DNA from: Pseudomonadota bacterium
Lineage (GTDB): Bacteria > Pseudomonadota > Alphaproteobacteria > Caulobacterales > Hyphomonadaceae
Reading direction: 5' to 3'
DNA length: 42,651 nucleotides
Assembly: GCA_036338795.1 (NCBI GenBank)
Contig: JAYZBJ010000175.1
Span: 1 to 42,651 of the forward strand
The position numbers and the translations under genes were made by a program. The notes under the pieces were generated by a model. The model made no database searches. It was not told where the DNA came from and saw nothing but the letters and a program-made list of their open reading frames with translations. Below are positions 1-8,642 of this stretch, in pieces (position 1 is the stretch's first letter; each line of letters opens with the position of its first letter).

Positions 1-2
1 AT

Positions 3-170
3 GAGCCGGACATTTTCAGCGAGCCAGCCATCCTTTTGTTCAAGGGCACTCAGTTCTATGCTGGCTGGGTCCAGACCATTCCGTTTGCACGCCCGCCGTT
101 CGATGACCTTCTGAAGGGCATCAAGTTCATTCAGAAAGAAGGATACCCGCCACGCGGCAAGCTTGGCTGA
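3..170 (+). CDS. 3' end of a peroxiredoxin-like (AhpC/TSA family) protein, truncated by window start
   Basis: Hand translation from position 3: EPDIFSEPAILLFKGTQFYAGWVQTIPFARPPFDDLLKGIKFIQKEGYPPRGKLG*, resembling the conserved FSEP...QTxPFARP...YPxRG C-terminus of AhpC/TSA-like proteins; TGA at 168-170. Confidence 0.7.
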   Translation, partial: EPDIFSEPAILLFKGTQFYAGWVQTIPFARPPFDDLLKGIKFIQKEGYPPRGKLG

Positions 171-278
171 GATCGCCGCAGCGGGAACATTGCATGCGGG
201 TGATTAGCTGGGCGTTGCCTGACGTTCAGCTTCACCCCATATGATGTGACGTAGAAATTTCTATCGGCGCGAAAGACC

Positions 279-800
279 ATGAAACATTTCATCCCTGCCA
301 TCGCCACGCTTGCGCTTCTTGGCGCCTGCTCAACCGCGACCCCTTACCAGGCGGCCAGCACGTCTGACCGTGGATACTCCGACCAGCAGGTCGAGACCAA
401 CCGGTGGATGGTCAGCTTTGCTGGCAACAGTCTCACTGACCGACAGACGGTGGAGACTTACCTTCTCTACCGTGCTGCCGAGCTGACGACGCAGAATGGC
501 TATGACCACTTTAGTGTGACCCAGCGCGATACCGACAGTGACTCCAGCTTCGTGCCAATCGGCGGTCACTATCCGCACTTTCACGCCTATTATAATTATT
601 ATGGCCCGTACTGGCGTCGCGGTTTCCATGACCCTTGGGGACCAGGCCGTCCAGCCGATTATCGCGAAGTTACGCGCTATGAGGCCACGGCAGAAATCGT
701 GATGGGCCGAGGCCCGAAACCTGATGACCCAGCCTATTTTGATGCAGACGATGTCCTGATGAACCTTTCAGGCCGTATCCAGAGGCCGGAAATCGGCTAG
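279..800 (+). CDS. Lipoprotein, CC0125/CC1285-like family
   Basis: Lipobox LGAC; TPYQ, GYS, FAGNSLT, YLLYRAAELT...GYDHF motifs; aromatic-rich central loop. Confidence 0.75.
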   Translation: MKHFIPAIATLALLGACSTATPYQAASTSDRGYSDQQVETNRWMVSFAGNSLTDRQTVETYLLYRAAELTTQNGYDHFSVTQRDTDSDSSFVPIGGHYPHFHAYYNYYGPYWRRGFHDPWGPGRPADYREVTRYEATAEIVMGRGPKPDDPAYFDADDVLMNLSGRIQRPEIG

Positions 801-828
801 TCGCCAAATGATTCGATAACGATGATTG

Positions 829-860
829 ACCTCCCCGATGTTTCGTCGGGGAGGTTTTTC
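829..860 (+). terminator. Rho-independent terminator after lipoprotein gene
   Basis: ACCTCCCCGA / TCGGGGAGGT stem followed by a T-run. Confidence 0.8.
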
Positions 861-878
861 ATGTGTAGACACCGTCCA

Positions 879-910
879 GAAAAAAGCCCGCTCGTCACGA
901 GCGGGCTTTC
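879..910 (-). terminator. Rho-independent terminator after SDR gene
   Basis: AAAGCCCGCTCG / CGAGCGGGCTTT stem; A6 run on + gives a U-tract on -. Confidence 0.8.
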
Positions 911-935
911 TGGATCGCGTAAGATGCGTCAGCGC

Positions 936-1715
936 TTAGCGCGGCGCCATCCGGATCGCGCCGTCGAGGCGGACGTCTTCGCCATTGAAGTAGGCGTTGA
1001 CGATCATCTCTCGTGCGAGCGAAGCATACTCGTCCGGGTTGCCGAGACGTGCCGGGTTCGGAACCTGGGCACCGAGGGCCTGCTTCACGTTTTCCGGCGC
1101 GCCTTGCAGGAGCGGCGTGTTGAAGATGCCAGGCAGGATGGTGTTGACGCGAATGAGCTCTCGCGAAAGGTCACGCGCGATCGGCAGGGTCATGCCGACA
1201 ACGCCGCCCTTGGAAGCGGAATAAGCGGCCTGGCCGATCTGGCCGTCTTCTGCTGCGACGGAAGCTGTATTGACGATTGCTCCGCGCTCACCCTCAATCG
1301 GGTCGAGCGTCATCATGCCAGCAGCGGATTTCGCGATGCAACGGAAGGTGCCAACGAGGTTGATCTGGATAATCAGGTCGAACTTGTCGAGCGGGAAGTG
1401 ACCGATCGCGCCAGTTTCCTTGTTGCGCGAAGCCGTCTTGATCGCGTTACCGGTCCCGGCGCAGTTCACAAGAATGCGCTCCTGGCCAATGGCTGCGCGG
1501 GCTTTCTCGAAGCCAGCGTCGACAGATGCTTCATCCGTAACGTTTACTTCGCAGAACACGCCGCCAAGTTCCTTGGCAAGCGCTTCGCCTTTTTCCGCAT
1601 TGAGATCGAAGAGGGCAACCTTCACGCCTTCAGCTGCGAGCTTCCGAGCAGTCGCAGCACCAAGACCGGATGCGCCACCCGTGATGACTGCGCTGATGTC
1701 TGAGCTGAGTTTCAT
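936..1715 (-). CDS. SDR family 3-hydroxyacyl-CoA dehydrogenase type II (HSD17B10-like)
   Basis: TGGASGLG Rossmann motif, NCAG, YSASK catalytic motif, NGEDVRLDGAIRM C-terminus; start moved to MKLSS (ATG 1715) with an upstream GGGAG RBS. Confidence 0.9.
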   Translation of the reverse strand: MKLSSDISAVITGGASGLGAATARKLAAEGVKVALFDLNAEKGEALAKELGGVFCEVNVTDEASVDAGFEKARAAIGQERILVNCAGTGNAIKTASRNKETGAIGHFPLDKFDLIIQINLVGTFRCIAKSAAGMMTLDPIEGERGAIVNTASVAAEDGQIGQAAYSASKGGVVGMTLPIARDLSRELIRVNTILPGIFNTPLLQGAPENVKQALGAQVPNPARLGNPDEYASLAREMIVNAYFNGEDVRLDGAIRMAPR

Positions 1716-1783
1716 TCTGTTGGTTCTCCCTTGGAACAGTCGTATAGTCTCATGCGATCTATCGGGTATGGAGAGGCCCGCCA

Positions 1784-2188
1784 ATGCGTAACCCAACGGA
1801 AATTGTGATCGAAAACGGAGAGAGCGGGCCGCGCTATCTGCCAATGGGTATCGAGCCTTCACGAAAGCGCACGAAACGCAAGTTCCTGCCCAAACTCCTG
1901 CACGTCGCCGGACGCATTCCCTTCGCGGATGATCTTGCCGCCGCCTATTACGCCGCGATTGATCCCGCGACGCCCAAAAAGGCGAAAGCCGTCCTGTTCG
2001 CAGCGCTCGGATACTTCGTTGTTCCGTCGGACATGGTGCCGGACGTGATTGCAGGATTGGGATTTACTGACGATGCGACCGTGCTCGCGACGGCTCTCAG
2101 CATTGTCGGCACGCAAGTGCGCGAACGCCACCGCAAATCGGCCCGGCGCCTGCTCGGGCTGCCGGAGCCCCAGCAGGCAAGTGAGTAA
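1784..2188 (+). CDS. YkvA / DUF1232 family membrane protein
   Basis: AALGYFVVPSDMVPDVIAGLGFTDD signature; GGAGAGG upstream of the ATG. Confidence 0.85.
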   Translation: MRNPTEIVIENGESGPRYLPMGIEPSRKRTKRKFLPKLLHVAGRIPFADDLAAAYYAAIDPATPKKAKAVLFAALGYFVVPSDMVPDVIAGLGFTDDATVLATALSIVGTQVRERHRKSARRLLGLPEPQQASE

Positions 2189-2191
2189 AAG

Positions 2192-3511
2192 CTAGCCGAT
2201 ACCCGGTGTGAAGCTGAGTTCGCCGGGCTTGATCAAACGGGCACCTTCGCTCGGTGAAATCTGATAGATCGAAAGCTTGCGCTCTGCCGTGCCATCCGCG
2301 ATGAACCGGAACAGACCGTTCAGGCCGACGAAGCCATCCTGCGTCATCAGTTCATCACGCGTCAGGTCGCCATCCGCCGAAAGTGAAATCACGAGCGCCG
2401 CTGCATCATAAGCCTGCGCTGCAAGGCTCGTTGGTGCGCGTCCATAAATGCGGCGGTAACGCGTTTCAAATGCATCAAGATCGGCATTTGGTGGCGCAAC
2501 GAACCAGGCGTCTTTCAGTGACGGTTCGCGCCAGACGCTCTGATCATTCCAGCCCGACAAGCCCATCAGCTTCGTTTCGCGTGTCATGTCATGATAGGCG
2601 AGCAGAGGAGCGACCTTGCGCAACTGCGTTCCCCGCTCCGGAATAAGGACGGCAACCGGTCCGCCGGAACGGGTGGCGGAGTTAATCGAGTTGGCAAGGT
2701 ATTTCGCCTCGCTTGATGGCGAGCCGCTACCTTCTGGATAGAAGCCGGACGCGACGACCATACCACCCGCCTGGCTAGCTTCGAACTGAAGCGCTGTTTC
2801 GATCCGCATGCCGAGCGCACTCTGCGGGCCGAAATACGCGAACTGCCGGTAGCCATTGTCCATGGCGTACTCGACAAGCGCGGACACCTCCTCTTCCGGG
2901 CTGATTGAGGCCAGCCAGGTATTACCTCCCGCCACGTCGCGATCATTGGAGAAGCCGATGACAGGCGTACCAGCCAGGGATCTTGTCTCATTCAGTGAAG
3001 CCACACTGCTTCCGAACAGCGGGCCGAGGAAGAAACTAGCCCCTTCCGACTTGGCTTGCTCGGCCATTTCTGAGGCCTGGCTTCGCGAACCGGCCGTATC
3101 CTTCGGCAGCAGCACAAACGAATCGGGCGCATGGTCGAACAGCGCCATTTCGATACCGGCAAGCATGCCCTCGGCTTCAGCGCGGACCCCTGAATTCGGG
3201 TGTGTGAATGGCAGGAGCACGCCGGCGCGGATCAGGTCCTTGCCCTTCAGGAATTCCGGAGTGAATTCCCCCGGAAGCGGCGTCGGAAGTCCATTCGCAT
3301 CAATCTCGATGCCATTTGCGTGCAGACTACCAAGCTGGTCGACACCTGATGCGTCGCCGGTGCGTCCCGGATCGACCCTCGGTTTTCCACTGGAAATCGG
3401 TGCTGGTGGTGAGGCCGGACCGGTGGCACAACCAGCCAGTGCAATGAAAGCTGCAAAAACAAGGCTTGGCGCGAGGCGTCCAAAGCGTGATTGTGCCCGA
3501 GATGTCATCAA
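2192..3511 (-). CDS. Penicillin-binding protein activator-like (LppC/LpoA C-domain) lipoprotein, periplasmic-binding-protein fold
   Basis: Lipobox LAGC; GVLLP, DT, LGPLF, AAQAYDA, GFVGLNGLFRF motifs; divergent from rsmI as in the yraL/yraM arrangement. Confidence 0.8.
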   Translation of the reverse strand: MMTSRAQSRFGRLAPSLVFAAFIALAGCATGPASPPAPISSGKPRVDPGRTGDASGVDQLGSLHANGIEIDANGLPTPLPGEFTPEFLKGKDLIRAGVLLPFTHPNSGVRAEAEGMLAGIEMALFDHAPDSFVLLPKDTAGSRSQASEMAEQAKSEGASFFLGPLFGSSVASLNETRSLAGTPVIGFSNDRDVAGGNTWLASISPEEEVSALVEYAMDNGYRQFAYFGPQSALGMRIETALQFEASQAGGMVVASGFYPEGSGSPSSEAKYLANSINSATRSGGPVAVLIPERGTQLRKVAPLLAYHDMTRETKLMGLSGWNDQSVWREPSLKDAWFVAPPNADLDAFETRYRRIYGRAPTSLAAQAYDAAALVISLSADGDLTRDELMTQDGFVGLNGLFRFIADGTAERKLSIYQISPSEGARLIKPGELSFTPGIG

Positions 3512-4428
3512 GTGATCCTTCCATTCCGGCAGACAGCCGTTCAGTGCCCGAGACTAGTGCTGCTCAGGGAGCCAAGCAACACGTCAGACCGCAACTCGAA
3601 TCCGGTCTGCATATCGTTTCCACGCCGATTGGCAATCTGCGTGACATAACCCTTCGCGCCATCGACACACTGGCTTCGGCCGACGAAGTTCTGGCCGAAG
3701 ACACACGCGTCGCGCGCAAGCTGCTAGATGCCCACGGCATTCGTGCGAAACTGAGTGCCTACCATGACCATAATGGGGCAGAGCGTCGGCCAGAGATTCT
3801 CAAGCGACTGCAGGATGGCGCCCGCATTGCACTGATTTCCGACGCCGGAACGCCGCTCGTTTCCGACCCGGGCTGGAAGCTCGCCCACGAGGCCGCTGAA
3901 AGTGGTATCCGCATTGTGCCCGTACCAGGCGCGTCAGCGATGCTGGCTGGCCTCGTGGCATCCGGGTTGCCGAGCGACAAATTCATGTTTTGCGGGTTCC
4001 TTCCGGTGAAATCAGGACAACGCAAGCGCGAGGCGGAAACGCTGAAGCAGGTGCCTGCAACTCTGATCTTCTACGAAGGCGGCTCACGGCTGGCCGATTG
4101 CCTGAGCGACCTTGCTGAAACCTTCGGCCCAGGCCGACCTGCCGCTGTCGCACGCGAGCTGACAAAACTGTTCGAGGAGACCCGACGCGCGCCGCTAGGC
4201 GAACTGGCCGAACACTATCGGCAGGCGGGGCCACCAAAAGGTGAAATTGTCATCCTCGTGGGGCCGCCCCTCGAAGAAGCTGCCAGTCAGGACGATATCG
4301 ACACCGCTTTGCGCAAGGCGCTGGCAGAAGCGCCGTTAAAGCAGGCCGCCAACATGGTCGCTGAGGCGTTCGGCATCTCGAAACGTGAAGCCTACCAACG
4401 GGCGCTGACATTGAAGTCAGATGGCTGA
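3502..4428 (+). CDS. rsmI: 16S rRNA (cytidine1402-2'-O)-methyltransferase
   Basis: STPIGNLRDITLRA, AEDTR, SDAGTPLVSDPG, ARELTKLFEE, PKGE motifs; exact start uncertain. Confidence 0.93.
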   Translation: MSSSDPSIPADSRSVPETSAAQGAKQHVRPQLESGLHIVSTPIGNLRDITLRAIDTLASADEVLAEDTRVARKLLDAHGIRAKLSAYHDHNGAERRPEILKRLQDGARIALISDAGTPLVSDPGWKLAHEAAESGIRIVPVPGASAMLAGLVASGLPSDKFMFCGFLPVKSGQRKREAETLKQVPATLIFYEGGSRLADCLSDLAETFGPGRPAAVARELTKLFEETRRAPLGELAEHYRQAGPPKGEIVILVGPPLEEAASQDDIDTALRKALAEAPLKQAANMVAEAFGISKREAYQRALTLKSDG

Positions 4429-4810
4429 CCAGCGAAACCGCCGTATTGCAGCAGAAAACAAGGGCCGGCGCTCGGAAGCTTTCGCTGCATTCTGGCTTCG
4501 GCTAAAAGGCTATCGAGTTCTCGCTGCGCGTGTGCGGCTTCCGGTTGGAGAGATTGACCTTATCGCCCGCCGGGGCGGCGTCATCGCCTTTGTCGAGGTC
4601 AAGGCGCGCAGCACTTTGCTGGCGGGCGAAACAGCTGTCTCGGCTGCGAGCTGGAAGCGCATCAACCGGGCTGCGGAAAGCTGGATGGCCCGGCATCCTG
4701 CACTTGCAAAGCTTGACTGGCGGTTCGATCTCATCGTCATGGTGCCACGCCGACTGCCCGTTCATCTCGCTGACAGGTGGCGCCCAGATTTCGCCCAAAG
4801 CCGGTTTTAA
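4421..4810 (+). CDS. yraN: YraN family PD-(D/E)xK endonuclease
   Basis: G..SE...L..KGY, GEIDLIARRG, FVEVKAR, RFD motifs; overlaps the rsmI stop. Confidence 0.92.
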   Translation: MADQRNRRIAAENKGRRSEAFAAFWLRLKGYRVLAARVRLPVGEIDLIARRGGVIAFVEVKARSTLLAGETAVSAASWKRINRAAESWMARHPALAKLDWRFDLIVMVPRRLPVHLADRWRPDFAQSRF

Positions 4811-4846
4811 GGCCTACGGATCAATCAAGGTTTATAGATGTTATCC

Positions 4847-5482
4847 ATGTCCCGAATTGCTCTTCTGTCCCTCGCCATTTGCGCGCCGCTCCTCGCCTCC
4901 GGATGCATTGCTGTAGCTGCAGGAACCGCCGGCGCCGTGGGGCTGGCCACGGTTCAGGACAGGTCGGTCGGCGAGGCCGTCGATGACGCGACCCTCTCGA
5001 CCGATATCAAGACCAAACTCCTGAATGAAGGCGGTTTTGGCGAAGTCGACGTGGAAGTCGCGCAAGGCCTTGTCCTCCTGTCGGGCCGCGTGAACACGCC
5101 CGAGCAACGCGTGCGCGCCGAAGACATCGCCTGGAGTTCGCCGCGCACTCAGGATGTCGCGAACGAAATCAACATCGAAACCTCGGGTGGCTTCCTCGCC
5201 AATGCTTCAGACGAGCTGGTCACCGCGCGCGTGCGTGCATCACTTGTCGCTTCGGCCGACGTGAAAAGCATCAACTACAATATCGAGACGTATAATGGCG
5301 TTGTGTACCTGATGGGCATCGCGCGTTCCCAGAATGAGCTGCAGGAGGCGACACGCCGCGCCAGCCATGTCGGGGGGGTAAAGCGGGTCGTCTCTTACGT
5401 CCGTGTCAGTTCAGAGCGAGCCAATGCCCGCGCCGCACGCACAGGACACGACGAATTGCTCGGCGCACCGGCGACCAACTAG
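4847..5482 (+). CDS. Dual BON-domain lipoprotein (YraP/DolP-like)
   Basis: Lipobox ASGC; DRSVG..VDD, VLLSGRV, V.NEI, GVVYLMG, GVKRVVS BON repeats; follows yraN. Confidence 0.85.
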   Translation: MSRIALLSLAICAPLLASGCIAVAAGTAGAVGLATVQDRSVGEAVDDATLSTDIKTKLLNEGGFGEVDVEVAQGLVLLSGRVNTPEQRVRAEDIAWSSPRTQDVANEINIETSGGFLANASDELVTARVRASLVASADVKSINYNIETYNGVVYLMGIARSQNELQEATRRASHVGGVKRVVSYVRVSSERANARAARTGHDELLGAPATN

Positions 5483-5487
5483 GCTGA

Positions 5488-6354
5488 TCAGGACGCGCCC
5501 TGCCGCGCAGTGATCCGGGCACCATCCTCGTTCTCAAGCACAAGCAGTCCGGATTCGTCGATCTGCACGTATGACACCGTCTGGAGCACGGAGATAATCG
5601 CCTGCTCCTGCTCCATGAGCTGCGGCACACAGGCCTTTCGGGTCAGAGCGAGTGGCGCAATCGTCAGCATCCCTGCGTTCAGCTTGAAGCTTCCCGTATA
5701 GGCATTGCAGGAGGCGTTTCCGCTGATTCGGCCATCTTCCCCGAAGCGGATCGTCGCCCGCGTCGTCTGAAGCAGCGGATCGTCGCCAAGGCGCGCAACC
5801 ATCCATTCATTGCCAGCCAGCTGCGGGATCGAAACCACCGCGCGTGGCTCCGGGCTCAAAACCACACTGCCGAGATTGACCGGTCCGGCATCCTTGCTGA
5901 AGACCGTGCCGTCATTGTTTGTCCAGAGCAGCTCACCCGCCGCGTTCAAGATGCGCGCCTCAAGCCGGACAAGCCCTGTCGAAATCTCTTCCCAGTTTTC
6001 GATCTCGATCCCGAAAGGCACGGGCACCTGGCGCCCGTTGAGCGAAAGGCTTTCTTCCCGAAACGCACCCTCGGAAATCGCTGCCCCCTGTTCCCAGAGT
6101 GAAAGTGACACGCGAGAATCTGACGGTAGCGGCACCCGCTGGCGATAGGTCAGGGACCCGGTCACGCGCATCGGCTCTGCCTCCGGTTCGACATTGGAGC
6201 TCGCAATCGTTGCTAGGTCATCATCAATCGCGCCGCCATCCTCGTCGACTTCAGGCTGAACTTCGACCGGGGCATCAACCGGCGTTTCGTCGGGCTGTGT
6301 CACGCAAGCAGCTGCCAGCACGCCGGCAACAGCAAATGCAGTTACTAATCTCAT
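5488..6354 (-). CDS. YbaY-type lipoprotein fused to a META (HslJ) domain
   Basis: Lipobox AAAC; VTGSLTYRQRVPLP and QVPVPF (YbaY), then GNASCNAYTGSF and TRKAC...MEQE (META). Confidence 0.82.
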   Translation of the reverse strand: MRLVTAFAVAGVLAAACVTQPDETPVDAPVEVQPEVDEDGGAIDDDLATIASSNVEPEAEPMRVTGSLTYRQRVPLPSDSRVSLSLWEQGAAISEGAFREESLSLNGRQVPVPFGIEIENWEEISTGLVRLEARILNAAGELLWTNNDGTVFSKDAGPVNLGSVVLSPEPRAVVSIPQLAGNEWMVARLGDDPLLQTTRATIRFGEDGRISGNASCNAYTGSFKLNAGMLTIAPLALTRKACVPQLMEQEQAIISVLQTVSYVQIDESGLLVLENEDGARITARQGAS

Positions 6355-6395
6355 GATGCGTCCCTCAGAAACTTTGGCACGGATCCAATCAGGCA

Positions 6396-6421
6396 TGATC
6401 CAGCCAGCGGTCAGTATCGTA
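6396..6421 (+). promoter_or_regulatory. Putative RpoE (ECF11, ChrR-controlled) promoter, distal copy
   Basis: TGATCC (6396-6401), 16-nt spacer, CGTA (6418-6421). Confidence 0.5.
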
Positions 6422-6483
6422 AACGCATCCGTAGCCCGAGTTCCACGCCAAATTATAGCTCTTTGTTTTTAAATAATTTTTCA

Positions 6484-6509
6484 TGATCCGAGCGTCCGGG
6501 CCCGCCGTA
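6484..6509 (+). promoter_or_regulatory. Putative RpoE (ECF11) promoter, proximal copy
   Basis: TGATCC (6484-6489), 16-nt spacer, CGTA (6506-6509), 33 nt before the fasciclin ATG. Confidence 0.68.
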
Positions 6510-6542
6510 ACCAGGCCATTAACACAGGAAAGGACCTCCCCC

Positions 6543-7055
6543 ATGAAAATTCTTTTTGCTTCCGTTGCTGCGACCGCCATGACGTTCGGCGGTATCGGCC
6601 TCGCCGCGCACGCTGAACATCACATGGAGAAGAAGGACAAGATGGACATCGTGGAAACGGCGTCCGCAAATGACGACTTCTCGACGCTCGTGACAGCAGT
6701 TTCCGAAGCTGGCCTCGTCGACGCGCTGAAAGCCGAAGGCCCATACACAGTGTTCGCGCCGACCAATGCAGCCTTCGACGCCCTTCCGGAAGGAACGGTT
6801 GAAACGCTGCTAATGGACGAAAACATTGATCAGCTGCAGGGCATCCTGAAACTTCACGTCGTTTCCGGCAAGATCAAGGCTGGCGATATCGCTGAAGGCT
6901 CGACCGAAGTCGAAACGCTGGCCGGCGATACCATCGTTGTCACCAAGGATAGCCACGGCGCAGTAACCGCCGGCGGCGCAGATGTCGTCAAAGCGGACAT
7001 CTACACGTCCAACGGCGTCATTCATGTCATCGACAGCGTTATCCTCCCCGAATAA
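6543..7055 (+). CDS. Secreted fasciclin (FAS1) domain protein
   Basis: Signal peptide; DIVETA, FSTLV, GPYTVFAPTNAAF, ILKLHVV, SNGVIHVIDSVILP; AAGGA RBS. Confidence 0.93.
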   Translation: MKILFASVAATAMTFGGIGLAAHAEHHMEKKDKMDIVETASANDDFSTLVTAVSEAGLVDALKAEGPYTVFAPTNAAFDALPEGTVETLLMDENIDQLQGILKLHVVSGKIKAGDIAEGSTEVETLAGDTIVVTKDSHGAVTAGGADVVKADIYTSNGVIHVIDSVILPE

Positions 7056-7077
7056 GCGCGCGAATTGACGTAACAGA

Positions 7078-7110
7078 AGGCCTCCCGGTTTAGCTGGGAG
7101 GCTTTTTTTG
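7078..7110 (+). terminator. Rho-independent terminator after fasciclin gene
   Basis: GCCTCCCGG / CTGGGAGGC stem followed by T7. Confidence 0.85.
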
Positions 7111-7202
7111 TGACCTGAAACAGGGCTGCCCCACGCCAGAGCCTTATCAAGGCACGTTTTTCATCACATATAGCGCGGGCAACGATGATCACTGGAGACA
7201 CG

Positions 7203-8153
7203 ATGAGCCTGCGCATTGCCATTCAGATGGACCCACTCGAACTGGTCGACATCAAAGCCGACACGACATTTGCGCTCGCCGAATGTGCGCAGGCCCGCGG
7301 GCATCAACTCTTCGTCTATGAACCGAAGCATTTGAGTTTCGACACCGGTCGACTGATCGCTCGGGCACGACCTGCAAAAGTCCAGCGTGTCGAAGGCGAG
7401 CCTGGCGTGTTCGGGCCTGAGACTGTGATCGATCTCGAAGAGGATGTGGACGTGATCCTGATGCGCCAGGACCCACCATTCGACATGGCCTACATCACAG
7501 CCTGTCATCTGCTCGAATTGCTTAAGGGCAAGACACTCGTCCTGAATGACCCGGAATTTGTCCGGTCAGGTCCGGAAAAGATTTTCCCGCTCCTCTTTCC
7601 GGAGATCATTCCAGACACATTGATCTCCCGCGATCTTCAGGCGGTGATCGACTTTCGGAACAAGCACAAGGACATCATCATCAAGCCGCTCTACGGCAAT
7701 GGTGGCGCAGGCGTTTTCCGCATGAAGGAAGACGACAGCAATTTCAGTTCGTTGATGGAAATGTTTCTCGAGCGCACGCGCGAACCCCTGATTGCACAGG
7801 CCTTCCTGCCTGCGGTCTCAAATGGCGACAAGCGAATCATCCTTGTCGACGGCGAAGCGGTCGGCGCAATCAATCGGCGCCCGAAGAAAGGTGAGACACG
7901 CTCTAACCTGCACGTTGGCGGAACAGCCGAACCCGTTGAACTGACAGAAGCGGACAAGAAAATCTGTGAGACGATCGGCCCTGAACTCAAGCGCCGCGGC
8001 CAGATTTTTGTCGGCATCGACGTGATCGGCGACAAGCTGACCGAGGTGAACGTAACCTCTCCAACCGGCATTCAGGAACTGAAGCGCTTTACAGGCATCG
8101 ATGCAGCCGCCATCTTCTTCGATGTGGTGCAACACATGGTTGCCAAGTCCTGA
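7203..8153 (+). CDS. gshB: Glutathione synthetase
   Basis: IQMDP, MRQDPPFDMAYIT, KPLYGNGG, GDKRI, RSNLHVGG, TEVNVTSPTG; GGAG RBS. Confidence 0.96.
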   Translation: MSLRIAIQMDPLELVDIKADTTFALAECAQARGHQLFVYEPKHLSFDTGRLIARARPAKVQRVEGEPGVFGPETVIDLEEDVDVILMRQDPPFDMAYITACHLLELLKGKTLVLNDPEFVRSGPEKIFPLLFPEIIPDTLISRDLQAVIDFRNKHKDIIIKPLYGNGGAGVFRMKEDDSNFSSLMEMFLERTREPLIAQAFLPAVSNGDKRIILVDGEAVGAINRRPKKGETRSNLHVGGTAEPVELTEADKKICETIGPELKRRGQIFVGIDVIGDKLTEVNVTSPTGIQELKRFTGIDAAAIFFDVVQHMVAKS

Positions 8154-8174
8154 CAGGACAGTCACTCTGGGAGG

Positions 8175-8552
8175 ATGAACATGAAAGCTGCCGCATTCGC
8201 TTCCATCATGGCCGTTTCGCTTGCGGGCGTAGCCTGTTCGGAAAAAGCACCAGCCGAAGCTGAGACGCAGACGCCGGAAACCACGAGCGAGACCGCTCAG
8301 GCCGAGCGTGGCCAGTTCAACCTGCGCTATCCGGCCAACGGCTCGCCAGCGGCCAGCAGCGAGACGTCCAGCCAGTTCAACCTGCGCACGCCGGATTCTG
8401 TCGGCTCTGACGCCGGCCAGGCCTTCAGGCTGCCGGAAGGTGCCGTGCGTGACAACGCGCTGAGCGACATTCAGGAAATCCGCACGCCCGACATGGTCGA
8501 TAGCGAGCCGGAAGCGACGGACCCGGACGACGATATCAGTCGCCTCGACTAG
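8175..8552 (+). CDS. Hypothetical low-complexity lipoprotein with repeated FNLR motif
   Basis: GGGAGG immediately upstream; lipobox VAC; acidic Ser/Thr/Pro-rich body. Confidence 0.7.
   Translation: MNMKAAAFASIMAVSLAGVACSEKAPAEAETQTPETTSETAQAERGQFNLRYPANGSPAASSETSSQFNLRTPDSVGSDAGQAFRLPEGAVRDNALSDIQEIRTPDMVDSEPEATDPDDDISRLD
8311..8387 (+). repeat. 17-bp direct repeat GCCAGTTCAACCTGCGC (x2, 60-bp period) encoding QFNLR
   Basis: Identical copies at 8311-8327 and 8371-8387. Confidence 0.85.
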
Positions 8553-8585
8553 CTTGTCGCTCGATGTCGCCCTGAAATCGAATTC

Positions 8586-8600
8586 GTTCTTTATTTGTTC
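8586..8600 (+). promoter_or_regulatory. Alphaproteobacterial LexA (SOS) box upstream of comM
   Basis: GTTC-TTTATTT-GTTC, an exact GTTC-N7-GTTC, 42 nt before the ATG. Confidence 0.85.
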
Positions 8601-8642
8601 CAGCTCGCCTGTTAGCGTCATCAAAACGGTGGGACGCGGCGC

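Noticed and set aside
822-1703. 293-aa + strand ORF
   Set aside because: Antisense shadow of the SDR gene; no family motifs; expected in high-GC DNA
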